From: a virus
Lineage: Duplodnaviria > Caudoviricetes
Reading direction: 5' to 3' (one strand)
Virus record (IMG/VR): IMGVR_UViG_3300037502_000790
Coordinates: 1-52,392 of that record
DNA length: 52,392 nt
Below are positions 44,375 through 52,392 of this stretch, piece by piece (the stretch's first letter is position 1; each line of letters opens with the position of its first letter). The notes below the pieces were generated by a model that did no database searches, was not told the DNA's origin, and worked only from the letters and a program-made list of their open reading frames with translations. The position numbers and the translations under genes are program-made.

Positions 44375-44609
44375 AAATCAACAGTTGGTTGAGGGGATCA
44401 TTCGTGAGTGGATAGCGATGAGCGTCGCGCAACCAGAGATCACTAGCGATGTTTGGTTGAGGGCAATTGGGTTGATGGGCGGATTGACACTACATCTATC
44501 CGGTGTCTCTGAAGATCAAGCTGAGGGCGCAATGATGATTGTCTCTCAGATGGCGATGGAAGCCTATCGAAAAGCGCCGGAAGCAGAGCTAAGAGCAACC
44601 GTTCAGTGA
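44358..44609 (+). CDS. Hypothetical protein
   Basis: GGGGAG SD; in operon. Confidence 0.55.
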   Translation: MGQRLENQQLVEGIIREWIAMSVAQPEITSDVWLRAIGLMGGLTLHLSGVSEDQAEGAMMIVSQMAMEAYRKAPEAELRATVQ

Positions 44610-44610
44610 G

Positions 44611-44949
44611 ATGCAGAACTGTCCAAAGTGTGAGGCGAAGACCGACGTTTATGACTCTCGCCTATCAATCGAGGGAGAGTTTCGTCGCAAGCGCAAGTGC
44701 CGGGGTTGCGGCTACCGATACGCAACCATTGAGGTGCTGGACACTGCTCGTCCACTAGATGAGAGACAGCCCAAACCAAAAGTGCCACCAAAGCCCAAGA
44801 GGGTTACAGCTTCCAAGCTGGTGAAGCCAGCAAGAGTAGTCAAAGAGAAGCGGGTCAGGCGGCTCGATGACGATGACTATGAAGTCGGTTCAGTCGAGTA
44901 CGAGATTCAGGACATAGCAAGAGAGCTGGGGATTGGAGACTTCACGTGA
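44611..44949 (+). CDS. NrdR-like N-terminal Zn ribbon protein
   Basis: CPKC...TDVYDSR....RRKRKCRGCGYRYATIE; lacks the ATP cone. Confidence 0.7.
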   Translation: MQNCPKCEAKTDVYDSRLSIEGEFRRKRKCRGCGYRYATIEVLDTARPLDERQPKPKVPPKPKRVTASKLVKPARVVKEKRVRRLDDDDYEVGSVEYEIQDIARELGIGDFT

Positions 44950-45308
44950 GCGATAGACCTGAAGAATGGACTGCTGACGATATGGCATACAGGCCGGGAG
45001 GGTTGTCGCAGCCAGACCTAGCCAAAGTTGGAGAAGTTGGTGTTTGGGGTGAAGAGCTAGCGCAGACGCCTGTAGCGCAAGTCCACGTTGCCGAGGATTA
45101 CTACCCTCACGTTGTTTGGATGGAAGGCATCAACGCTGTTTGTTTTGACCAACAGTATTTGTACATAACCCCACCACAGCGCGAATGGAAAGGGCTGACG
45201 ACTGCTGAACGCAAGGCGTTATGGAACGCAACAAAAAAGCCTAGCGAGTTCGCGGAAATGGTTGAGGCTAAGTTGAAGGAGAAAAACGCATGGACATGCA
45301 AGAACTAG
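44946..45308 (+). CDS. Hypothetical phage protein
   Basis: LY.TPPQREWKGLT...EAKLKEKN, a common phage module. Confidence 0.6.
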   Translation: MSDRPEEWTADDMAYRPGGLSQPDLAKVGEVGVWGEELAQTPVAQVHVAEDYYPHVVWMEGINAVCFDQQYLYITPPQREWKGLTTAERKALWNATKKPSEFAEMVEAKLKEKNAWTCKN

Positions 45309-45514
45309 CAAACCGAATGGACGCCACCGTGCAAGCAATGCTCAATTCTCAGAGCCGAGACCTTGCGGAGGCAACACTAATTAGAACGGCAGCAAGCCTT
45401 CTGGACAAGCTTGAGGATCGAGACAGTCAAATCAAGTCTCTCAGACTTCAGGTTGATGTAATGGCTAAAGAACTTTCAGAATTAAGGCAGCGTTTCACGG
45501 ATGATGGAAAGTGA
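45290..45514 (+). CDS. Coiled-coil hypothetical protein
   Basis: AAGGAG SD. Confidence 0.55.
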   Translation: MDMQELANRMDATVQAMLNSQSRDLAEATLIRTAASLLDKLEDRDSQIKSLRLQVDVMAKELSELRQRFTDDGK

Positions 45515-45764
45515 CTTATTCGAAATACTCGAAGAACCGCAGGAAACCTTATTGGCGCAGCAACTAGCCGAGTGCCAGCAACGCTTCATCGCCCGTATTG
45601 AGGAAGCATTGAAGCTACGCACCAACAAGAAGGCTAGGAAAGAGCTGTATCAGAAATGGAGAAAGGAATTGGGAGACGACGCTGCGCGTGAGTCGGCCAA
45701 CTACGTTGAGGCCCTGCTGATGGGCAAGGTGGGCTGGCCTAAGTTCCATAAGCAAGCAAAGTGA
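45501..45764 (+). CDS. Hypothetical protein
   Basis: In operon. Confidence 0.55.
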   Translation: MMESDLFEILEEPQETLLAQQLAECQQRFIARIEEALKLRTNKKARKELYQKWRKELGDDAARESANYVEALLMGKVGWPKFHKQAK

Positions 45765-45773
45765 TATCAGTAC

Positions 45774-45803
45774 TTGTCAAGTATATCTCTGTGCTTATAC
45801 AAT
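45774..45803 (+). promoter_or_regulatory. Candidate int promoter
   Basis: TTGTCA-18 nt-TACAAT. Confidence 0.5.
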
Positions 45804-45834
45804 GCGCAGGCGTGTCCCCGGCTTGGAGGGGGTT

Positions 45835-46887
45835 ATGAAGTACTTCCAGCGTGGGAGCATTTGGTGGGGCCGGTGGAGCGTTAATGGTCAGCAGGTAAGG
45901 GTTTCCTCCCGCACCAGTAACGAGAAGCTAGCCAAAATTTACTTGGCTGATGAGTATGCCAAGTCGTTCAAAAAAGAACTGTTGAACGAGAAGCCTCGCA
46001 GGACTTGGAAAGAAGCAGTAGGCCGGTACCTTGAAGATCGTCAGCACCTGAGAACTATCGGGGCCTACGAGGATCACAAGGTCTGGTGGGATGGTGAGTT
46101 TGCTAAACGCAATGTTGTGTACATCGATCAGATCACGCCTGATGTTGTGCGCGAGATTCGTACTGCAGAGTTCAGCAGACCAAAACTTCGAGGTGGTGGT
46201 AAACGTAGTGCAGCAGATGTCAATCGCAAGATTGCTTTACTGCGAGCCGTTATACGTGCGGCGTACAAGGAGTACCGCTGGATCGATGGTGAGGCGCCGA
46301 TGTTCCGCTTCATCCCCGGCCAGACCGAACGGATGCGTCGGCTCCAACCTGAAGAAGTAGTCAGGCTGGCGAAGTCGCTACCTAAGGGGTACGCCGACTT
46401 GCTGTACATGGCAGTTGCTACAGGTCTTCGGCGCAGGAATGTGCTGAGGATGCGGTGGGATCAGATCGACTTCGGTCACCGCCTGTTGCGGGTGGATGGA
46501 GTGCAGATGAAGAACGGTGAGACGCTTGTGATCCCGTTGAACCAAATGGCGGTGGACATTATCCTGCGCCACAAGGACAACGGATCCGAGTGGGTGTTTC
46601 CCTTGAATGCGGGGAAGCCTCTTAACGAAATCTCATCGAAGATCTGGAGGCAAGCGCTTCAAAAAGCTGGCTTGGAAAATTTACGATGGCACGACATGCG
46701 TCATACGTGGGCGTCTCTGTTGCGCGAGAGTGGTGTTCCGATGGCCGACTTGAAAGAGTTAGGTGGGTGGAAAGATGCTCGTATGGTGGAGCGGTATGCT
46801 CACCTGAGTGTTGATCACTTGTCGAAACACGCCGTCGCAATTGACAGTGTGTTCGCGGTTGACAAGCGCCTAAAAGCGGTTGGTTGA
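45835..46887 (+). CDS. int: Tyrosine integrase, P22-like
   Basis: TGLRRRN, MKNG, HDMRHTWAS, LGGW, RYAHL; C-terminus resembles P22 Int; GGAGG SD before ATG 45835. Confidence 0.93.
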   Translation: MKYFQRGSIWWGRWSVNGQQVRVSSRTSNEKLAKIYLADEYAKSFKKELLNEKPRRTWKEAVGRYLEDRQHLRTIGAYEDHKVWWDGEFAKRNVVYIDQITPDVVREIRTAEFSRPKLRGGGKRSAADVNRKIALLRAVIRAAYKEYRWIDGEAPMFRFIPGQTERMRRLQPEEVVRLAKSLPKGYADLLYMAVATGLRRRNVLRMRWDQIDFGHRLLRVDGVQMKNGETLVIPLNQMAVDIILRHKDNGSEWVFPLNAGKPLNEISSKIWRQALQKAGLENLRWHDMRHTWASLLRESGVPMADLKELGGWKDARMVERYAHLSVDHLSKHAVAIDSVFAVDKRLKAVG

Positions 46888-46963
46888 TGGTGCCGCTGGT
46901 CCGACTCGAACGGACGACCTGACGCTTACGAAGCGCCTGCTCTACCAGCTGAGCTACAGCGGC
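46888..46963 (-). tRNA. tRNA-Thr(CGT), complete with CCA
   Basis: GCCGCTG TAGCTCAGCTGGTAGAGCA GGCGC TTCGTAA GCGTC AGGTC GTCCGTTCGAGTCGGAC CAGCGGC A CCA; 76 nt. Confidence 0.95.
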
Positions 46964-46970
46964 GGCACGA

Positions 46971-47164
46971 TTAGCACAGTCTTAGCACAGTAGCTTGTAA
47001 GTCATTGATTCGTAAAGGTGGCCTACTAATTACGAATCGAACGTAGTGGTAGTTAGTGCTACACAAAAGTCGTTATCTTTCAACATCTTACGCTGGGGAC
47101 ACGCAACTTAGCGAGCAGTAGAAAGCATACGAATAGCACAGTGATTAGCACAAATTTAGCACAG
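46971..47164. other. attP region (arm repeats, IHF sites, putative core)
   Basis: TTAGCACAG-like repeats at 46971, 46982, 47133, 47145, 47156; IHF consensus at 46998-47010 (minus, exact) and 47078-47090 (1 mismatch); anticodon-arm-like core at 47022-47038. Confidence 0.75.
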
Positions 47165-47186
47165 CGATTTTTCGGGAGGTCTACTC

Positions 47187-47597
47187 ATGCGCGATGAGTA
47201 CGTTCAAGCAGATGGGCAGAAAAGATTTAGCACAGTTAGCACAGTTAGCACGGATGAGGTCAACAACCCAAAGCATTACACCTCAGGGAAGATCGAGTGC
47301 ATCGAAGCGATTGAGGCAGCATTGACGCCGGAGGAACTGAAAGGGTTCTTAAAAGGCAACATCATCAAGTACACATGGCGAGAGCGGCATAAGGGCGGGG
47401 TGCAGTCGCTGGCAAAAGCGCAGTGGTATTTGAACCGCTTGCTGGGTACCGACTTGGCGCCGCCTGAAACGGACAAGCCATTGCCACAAATCCGAGATCT
47501 ACCAAAGACCCTTGGTGCGGCCTTGGGTATCAAGGATGATCTGGATGCATACGATAAAGTGGAAGCGTACTACTCGAAGAGGGGATTTGAACAATGA
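47187..47597 (+). CDS. DUF3310 (SaV-like) protein
   Basis: VNNPKHYTSGKIECIEAI...GFLKGNIIKYTWR..HKGG..SLAKAQWYLNRL. Confidence 0.85.
   Translation: MRDEYVQADGQKRFSTVSTVSTDEVNNPKHYTSGKIECIEAIEAALTPEELKGFLKGNIIKYTWRERHKGGVQSLAKAQWYLNRLLGTDLAPPETDKPLPQIRDLPKTLGAALGIKDDLDAYDKVEAYYSKRGFEQ
47227..47253 (+). repeat. Three tandem 9-bp copies of the arm motif inside a CDS
   Basis: TTAGCACAG TTAGCACAG TTAGCACGG. Confidence 0.85.
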
Positions 47598-47902
47598 GCT
47601 ACAACGAACTCGAACTGAACATCGTCCGCTGGTCTGAGGATCGGGGCATCATCCAGAACAGCGATGCTAAGACGCAGCTGCTGAAAGCTTTCGAAGAGAT
47701 GGGTGAGCTGGCGTCCGGAATCAACAAGAAGGACATGGCGCTCATCAAGGATGGCGTGGGGGATGTTGTGGTCTGCCTCATCAACGTCTGTGCGATTTTA
47801 GATATTAGCATTACTGAATGTCTTCAGCTTGCTTATGATGAAATCAGGGATCGCAAAGGTTATCTAACCAAAGATGGTGTATTCATCAAGGAGGCGGCAT
47901 GA
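47594..47902 (+). CDS. MazG-like nucleotide pyrophosphohydrolase
   Basis: WSEDRGII...QLLKAFEEMGELA...IKDGVGDVVVCL...CLQLAYDEIRDRKG...GVFIKE. Confidence 0.85.
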   Translation: MSYNELELNIVRWSEDRGIIQNSDAKTQLLKAFEEMGELASGINKKDMALIKDGVGDVVVCLINVCAILDISITECLQLAYDEIRDRKGYLTKDGVFIKEAA

Positions 47903-48075
47903 TTGCAGCCGGAATAGTTTTGTTCTTTCTTGGCGTTCTAGCCGCTAATCTGCTGGGTGATCCTCGACCACTCAAGCACAACAAGTGGGATTACTTCGCT
48001 GGGGTTGTGATCTTGTGCGGGGTAGCTTCGGCTGCAGCTGGCTTGACCGTTTTGGCGTGGAGGTACTTGCCGTGA
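47899..48075 (+). CDS. 58-aa two-TM protein (not in ORF track)
   Basis: AAGGAGG SD, ATGA overlap; MIAAGIVLFFLGVLAANLLG... Confidence 0.65.
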   Translation: MIAAGIVLFFLGVLAANLLGDPRPLKHNKWDYFAGVVILCGVASAAAGLTVLAWRYLP

Positions 48076-48158
48076 TTATCGGCTTTATCTTCGGCTTTAC
48101 GGTGGGAGTTGCAGTGTGTTGCGTCGTGGCGTGGCGCTGGATGTCAGAGGATCCCTGA
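48072..48158 (+). CDS. 28-aa single-TM peptide (not in ORF track)
   Basis: GGAGG SD, GTGA overlap; MIIGFIFGFTVGVAVCCVVAWRWMSEDP. Confidence 0.55.
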   Translation: MIIGFIFGFTVGVAVCCVVAWRWMSEDP

Positions 48159-48628
48159 TGAACATTCACAGCTGTAGCTACTACTGCGACAAGCCTGCCT
48201 GCATCAAGCGGCAAAGAGACGAGCTGAGGGATAAACTGTTTGAAGAGTACGAGAGAAAGGAAAGTGTGGAGATGGGAGCGTTAGATAAGATCTACGCAGA
48301 AGCGAGGGAGTATGCGGAGGGTGAGCGCAGAGTAGCTCAAGAGGGCGTCATGCAGTTGGATATTCAAGCTCTTCGCAGGGAGTACATTGACCTGATGGCG
48401 ATGGTGGCGTACTACACCCGTCTCGAGCAGGCGATGTCTGCCACCCCGCGCCTACACTTCGACGCTCTGAAGAAGGCAATGAAGGACATCAAAGCCGATG
48501 AGATGCTGCATCAGGCAGATGTCGCGGCTGAAGATGGGATGCCGATTGCAGGGACCGCCCGTGTTCCGGCTAAGCCCCTGCTCGAGATCCTCTCACGACT
48601 GAAGGCAATGCTCAGCGATCGTCAATGA
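48158..48628 (+). CDS. Hypothetical protein with N-terminal HSCSYYCDKPAC motif
   Basis: TGATG coupling at 48158; overlaps the end of the giant gene convergently. Confidence 0.6.
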   Translation: MNIHSCSYYCDKPACIKRQRDELRDKLFEEYERKESVEMGALDKIYAEAREYAEGERRVAQEGVMQLDIQALRREYIDLMAMVAYYTRLEQAMSATPRLHFDALKKAMKDIKADEMLHQADVAAEDGMPIAGTARVPAKPLLEILSRLKAMLSDRQ

Positions 48629-51600
48629 CCGCATCTCGGAAGCCGCGACGCAGGGCTTGAGTCACAGCCCGGTTGCGGTACTCCTCCTTCATCTTGTCGT
48701 ACTTGTTGCGCATCTCGATGATCTCTTCCTCGGAGTAGCGAGGGTTGTCGGAGTTGGCCTCAACGATCCGGCTCATCCCCTTCATCTGCTGCTCCATGCC
48801 ATCGAACATAGCCTTCAGGCCACCAAGACCCGGATGATCTTTGATGATCTCCTGCTTGCGCTCTGTGCTGGTTCTACCTGACATGTACTCCTTGTACAGG
48901 GTATCGACGTCTTCCTTGACGCGACGGTAAGCTCCGCTGTCAAAAGTGGCGTCATCCACCTTAGCCTTGAACCTGCCCAGCACAGGGAGGTCTTGATCCT
49001 TGGTGTCGCGGCCAGCTGCAGCGTTGAGAGCCTTGCCCGTCCCTTGATACAGAGAAGAGATCAGACCCGGCAAGTAGCTGTTGATCAGGTAATCCACGGT
49101 TGCGGGATTCACATCGATCAACGACTCGTTGTACCTCGGATTCTTACCGCCAGACGTAGCCTCAGCCAAGAAGTGCATCAAGCTCTTCGAGATCGGGTTC
49201 ACGCTATCGAAATGCTTATAGGCGTCCGACTCTTGGATGGCGGAGAAATCGCCGTCACTCTTGGCAATCGGAGCGCCAAAGCGGTTCTCGTTCAGGCCCA
49301 GCTCGAGCAACGGAACCAGAGGGCTAGGCAGCAGCGTCTTACCAGCTTGACCCAAGAAGGTCTTCGATTCCACGCCGGAACCAATCGGCGCAAACGAATC
49401 GAATGCAGCCTTGACTACCTTGCCAGCTGAACTCTCTGCGCTGCGGTACCCCATAACCGTGTCGTAGGCGTACTGCCCCATCGTGGAGAACACGTTCCAG
49501 CCGTAGGCTACAGGGATCGAGCCGAAGTAGGTGTCAGGCAAGAAAGTGACCGAAGTTGCTCGCTTGTAGTCAGGCACCTTATCGATGGCGCGTAGACCGT
49601 CCTTGCGTTCTTCCTCGTCGTCATCTCCGAAGGCGTCGGCAATCATGCTGCTGATCATGCCCATTGTGATCCAGCCAGCAGACACGGCGGCGAAGCGCTT
49701 GTAGTTGCCTTCCTTGGCATCCTTGAACATACGCATCGTGCCCTGAATTGCCGGGTTGGCAAATACGTACAGGGCTCGCAGCGGCTTGTAGGCACCCTTC
49801 ATGTTGAAGTTGACGGTCAGCTCCTTGGCGTAGCGAGCAGCTCTCTCACGAGACCAACCGTTCTCACGCAGCACCTTGTATGCAGCTAGACGCGGGGCGA
49901 TTTCAGCCGGTGTGCCAAGCAGCTCCATCAGATCAGCAATCGCTTCGAACTTGCCAGTCGTCCAGACACCCGCATCCTTGACGCCCCGGATCTTGCCGAT
50001 CGTCATCGGGTTCAGGTGACGGTTCAGTTTGTCGATCGTCTGCTCGAGACCATTCCTGTCAATAAAGTAGGTAGCGGCACCGTCCTCAAAGAACTCGTTG
50101 ATCCACTTTTTCTCAGCATCCGACAGCGGATTCTTCTGAGCAGCAGCTTTCATGCGGTTGCCCCACCACCCCTGCTTCGCGTCAGCTTGCTCTGCCACTA
50201 GATGGCGGAAGGCGATACGGTGAGTGCGCTTCCACTCCATGAACATCTTGCCAGCCAACTCAGCGCCCACCTCAGGATCAGCGGCAGCGTTAGCAAATGC
50301 AGTCTGAATGTCTCGCACCATGTTGACCGGTACCCAAGCCGGGTTCATCGTCGTGACCATCTGGCTAAACAATCGGTTCCAGACAGCCACCGCTTCGATG
50401 AACGGCCCATTCTGGGTGACGTTCATGCCAGTGATGGCATCGAAGAAGTCCATCGACTTGCCGTTGAACTCCATCGTGATCGGCTTGCCGTTAACCTTGA
50501 CTACCACCTGACGATCCTTGTCGCCCGGGGTCTCAACGGTCGTGACGTACCCATCAGGGCTCAATCTTGCCGACATCACAACCTGCTCGTTGACGTTGCG
50601 AACTGCACGAGCTGCTTCGTCAGGAGAGATGTCGCGGCGAGCTTCAGCTTCATTGATGCGGCGAACCAGATCAGCCATAGCTTCATCGCTGTCCAGTGTG
50701 CCGTCTTTCATCTGGCGCTGGAGACCAACAAGGTATTCGCGGCCCGAGTCATTGGTCGGAGCATCGCCAATCGCAGACAGGACTTTCTTGTCGAAGGTCA
50801 GGCGATCGATGTTGATCTGCTTGCGACGATTGACGTTCTCAACCTTGACGTAGCTCTGGTCAGGGTTCTGCTCGAACATCTGCAGAATGGCTTGCAGCGG
50901 ACGGTTCTTCTGACCACGGATGATCGTAGACAGGTACGAGTTCATCGTGTTCTGCAGTACGTCCACAGCGACCGTGCCACGACCAGTTGCCCGAATGATG
51001 TCGGAGCCACGCACATTGAAGGAGCGTCCACCCAACTGGCTCATGTCGTACTTGTCGAGATCCAACTCCTGATTGCCGGAGAGGTTCACGTAGTGCTTGT
51101 AGCGGGAGAGGGACTCGTACTGGTACTTGTTGATCAGGCCGGTGTCGAGCATGTAGTTAAGCTTTGCTTTACTCATCTCATCCATCAACTTGCCGATCTC
51201 GTCCAGCTCGGAGCTGAAGTCTGCCCATTTGCCGTCGTTATCACCGCTCAGGATCTTCTGTGCTTCTTTGGTATCCAGACCGGAGCCACGCGAGTTCTTC
51301 GGATTGATCGCCTTGATGAAACGGTTACGCTCCTCGGCGTGACGCGCCATCAGATACAGGTCGATGTCTTCCAGCGTTGCGCCCTTCTTGCCAGCCTCAC
51401 CCATCAAGCGGGTTATCGGGCGAGCATAGGCTTTCTCGTAGTTGTCAATAAACCACTTGGTGCGGGACTCGTACTTGATCAGATCATCGATCACAGAGTT
51501 CTTGATGCCCTTGCCCTCGAGGAACTTTGCCACCTCGAAGATCGGCAGGAACATGTTCTGACCTTGGATCAGCATGTTGCGCTTGAAGCGAGCCCAGCCG

Positions 51601-52392
51601 GTAACGTCGTTGAAGTTCGGGATCTCCGCCACATTCTTCGGATCAACCTCTTGGCGCGTCGAGCGGTCACGAGCCATCGTCACCTGACCCACCTTCTTCA
51701 GCAGATCGTGTGCATCCACAAGCTCTTCAACGGTGTGAACCGTGTAGTTGCCTGAAGCAAGAGACTCTGCGCCAGAGTTCAGGGTAAAGACAGTCCAGTA
51801 CCCATTGACCGGGTTGATGCGGGTGTAGCCGGTGACCTTGCCGTCACGAATAGCGTAGCCCTCAACAGGCATCTTCTTCGAGCGGTTGTACATCACATCG
51901 GAGGGGGCGCCATCGAGCGGGGAGATGCCCTGCTTGGACATTGCCACCTTGCGAGCCTGCGACAGGACGAATGCCAGCTCGGAGGATCCAGTCGAATCCA
52001 GCCAGCTTGCCACGTTGCTCATGCCGTGCTTCTTCAGCCAGCGCACCAGACGACCCATCAACTCACGGAATGCACTTGCATTACCTTCCGTTGCCTGATC
52101 AGCAATGGCTTCCTCGATGGACTCCAGCTTGCTCATCGGCATGCCGTTCTCTTTGGCTTCTGCAGCCAGACGATCAGCAGCTTCACGAACCTTCTGGTTG
52201 ACCTTGTACTGGTTGTTCAGGAAGGAGTCGATTCCATCCCCGAGGAAAGCCTTCATGCCCCAGTGACCGTACAGCTCGTGGAACATCGTGAACTCGGCAT
52301 CCTCCACCGACTCGGCAAACTCCGAGAAGATGTAGATGTGTCCCGTTTTGGGATCAATCGCACCTTTGAATGAGCCATTCTCAAAGCGGCTC
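48612..52392 (-). CDS. C-terminal ~1260 aa of giant polyvalent virion protein (second zincin-like domain, LPD38-like C-terminus)
   Basis: Frame open to the window edge; FHELYGH...EEAIAD; AKELTVNFNMKG, LYVFANPAIQG, NENRFGAPI, INSYLPG motifs. Confidence 0.88.
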   Translation of the reverse strand, partial: SRFENGSFKGAIDPKTGHIYIFSEFAESVEDAEFTMFHELYGHWGMKAFLGDGIDSFLNNQYKVNQKVREAADRLAAEAKENGMPMSKLESIEEAIADQATEGNASAFRELMGRLVRWLKKHGMSNVASWLDSTGSSELAFVLSQARKVAMSKQGISPLDGAPSDVMYNRSKKMPVEGYAIRDGKVTGYTRINPVNGYWTVFTLNSGAESLASGNYTVHTVEELVDAHDLLKKVGQVTMARDRSTRQEVDPKNVAEIPNFNDVTGWARFKRNMLIQGQNMFLPIFEVAKFLEGKGIKNSVIDDLIKYESRTKWFIDNYEKAYARPITRLMGEAGKKGATLEDIDLYLMARHAEERNRFIKAINPKNSRGSGLDTKEAQKILSGDNDGKWADFSSELDEIGKLMDEMSKAKLNYMLDTGLINKYQYESLSRYKHYVNLSGNQELDLDKYDMSQLGGRSFNVRGSDIIRATGRGTVAVDVLQNTMNSYLSTIIRGQKNRPLQAILQMFEQNPDQSYVKVENVNRRKQINIDRLTFDKKVLSAIGDAPTNDSGREYLVGLQRQMKDGTLDSDEAMADLVRRINEAEARRDISPDEAARAVRNVNEQVVMSARLSPDGYVTTVETPGDKDRQVVVKVNGKPITMEFNGKSMDFFDAITGMNVTQNGPFIEAVAVWNRLFSQMVTTMNPAWVPVNMVRDIQTAFANAAADPEVGAELAGKMFMEWKRTHRIAFRHLVAEQADAKQGWWGNRMKAAAQKNPLSDAEKKWINEFFEDGAATYFIDRNGLEQTIDKLNRHLNPMTIGKIRGVKDAGVWTTGKFEAIADLMELLGTPAEIAPRLAAYKVLRENGWSRERAARYAKELTVNFNMKGAYKPLRALYVFANPAIQGTMRMFKDAKEGNYKRFAAVSAGWITMGMISSMIADAFGDDDEEERKDGLRAIDKVPDYKRATSVTFLPDTYFGSIPVAYGWNVFSTMGQYAYDTVMGYRSAESSAGKVVKAAFDSFAPIGSGVESKTFLGQAGKTLLPSPLVPLLELGLNENRFGAPIAKSDGDFSAIQESDAYKHFDSVNPISKSLMHFLAEATSGGKNPRYNESLIDVNPATVDYLINSYLPGLISSLYQGTGKALNAAAGRDTKDQDLPVLGRFKAKVDDATFDSGAYRRVKEDVDTLYKEYMSGRTSTERKQEIIKDHPGLGGLKAMFDGMEQQMKGMSRIVEANSDNPRYSEEEIIEMRNKYDKMKEEYRNRAVTQALRRGFRDAVIDDR

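Noticed and set aside
46888-46963. Host tRNA marking a prophage boundary
   Set aside because: Phage genes continue on both sides, and arm sites flank an intact attP-like core.
46971-47253. CRISPR-like array from TTAGCACAG repeats
   Set aside because: Repeats are 9 bp with 0-3 bp gaps; context fits integrase arm sites. The Cas4-like gene fits a recombination exonuclease.
50202-51755. Long plus-strand ORF (517 aa) and many other antisense ORFs over late genes
   Set aside because: Shadow frames of strongly biased minus-strand genes, with no SD or recognisable motifs.
48612-52392. Giant protein as an N4-like virion RNA polymerase
   Set aside because: No polymerase motifs recognised; zincin and LPD38-like motifs point to a polyvalent protein.

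Overview
The window looks like a complete, circularly permuted genome of a temperate podovirus-type phage. The host is probably a proteobacterium (P22-family integrase, IHF sites, lambda-like CI). One reading frame runs off position 1 and resumes in frame at 52392, giving a ~2959-aa polyvalent virion/ejection protein. Layout: (a) minus-strand late operon of tRNA(CAT), terS, terL, portal, scaffold, MCP, adaptors, fibres, double 2OG-Fe(II) oxygenase, lysis, nozzle, GNAT and ejection proteins; (b) a plus-strand ~7-kb early block with micro-peptides, DUF6876, amidoligase and class II GATase; (c) a minus-strand replication/nin-like arm with primase-helicase, HNH-like nuclease, HslV-like protease and resolvase; (d) CI and a plus-strand arm with ERF, SSB, gp49/66, exonuclease, xis, int, tRNA-Thr, attP and MazG. 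No DNA polymerase, cro, replication initiator or prohead protease was recognised. Most notable observations: a shared [FYM]ADGG peptide tag (plus a PDWxRQS leader on two of them) in five head/ejection proteins; an array of unannotated 23-32 aa membrane peptides behind twin covarying RNA hairpins; an attP whose core mimics only the tRNA-Thr(CGT) anticodon arm while a complete spare tRNA-Thr lies just outside; and several long structured non-coding regions, one replacing cro at PR. All family assignments come from motif recognition by eye, not from database searches.
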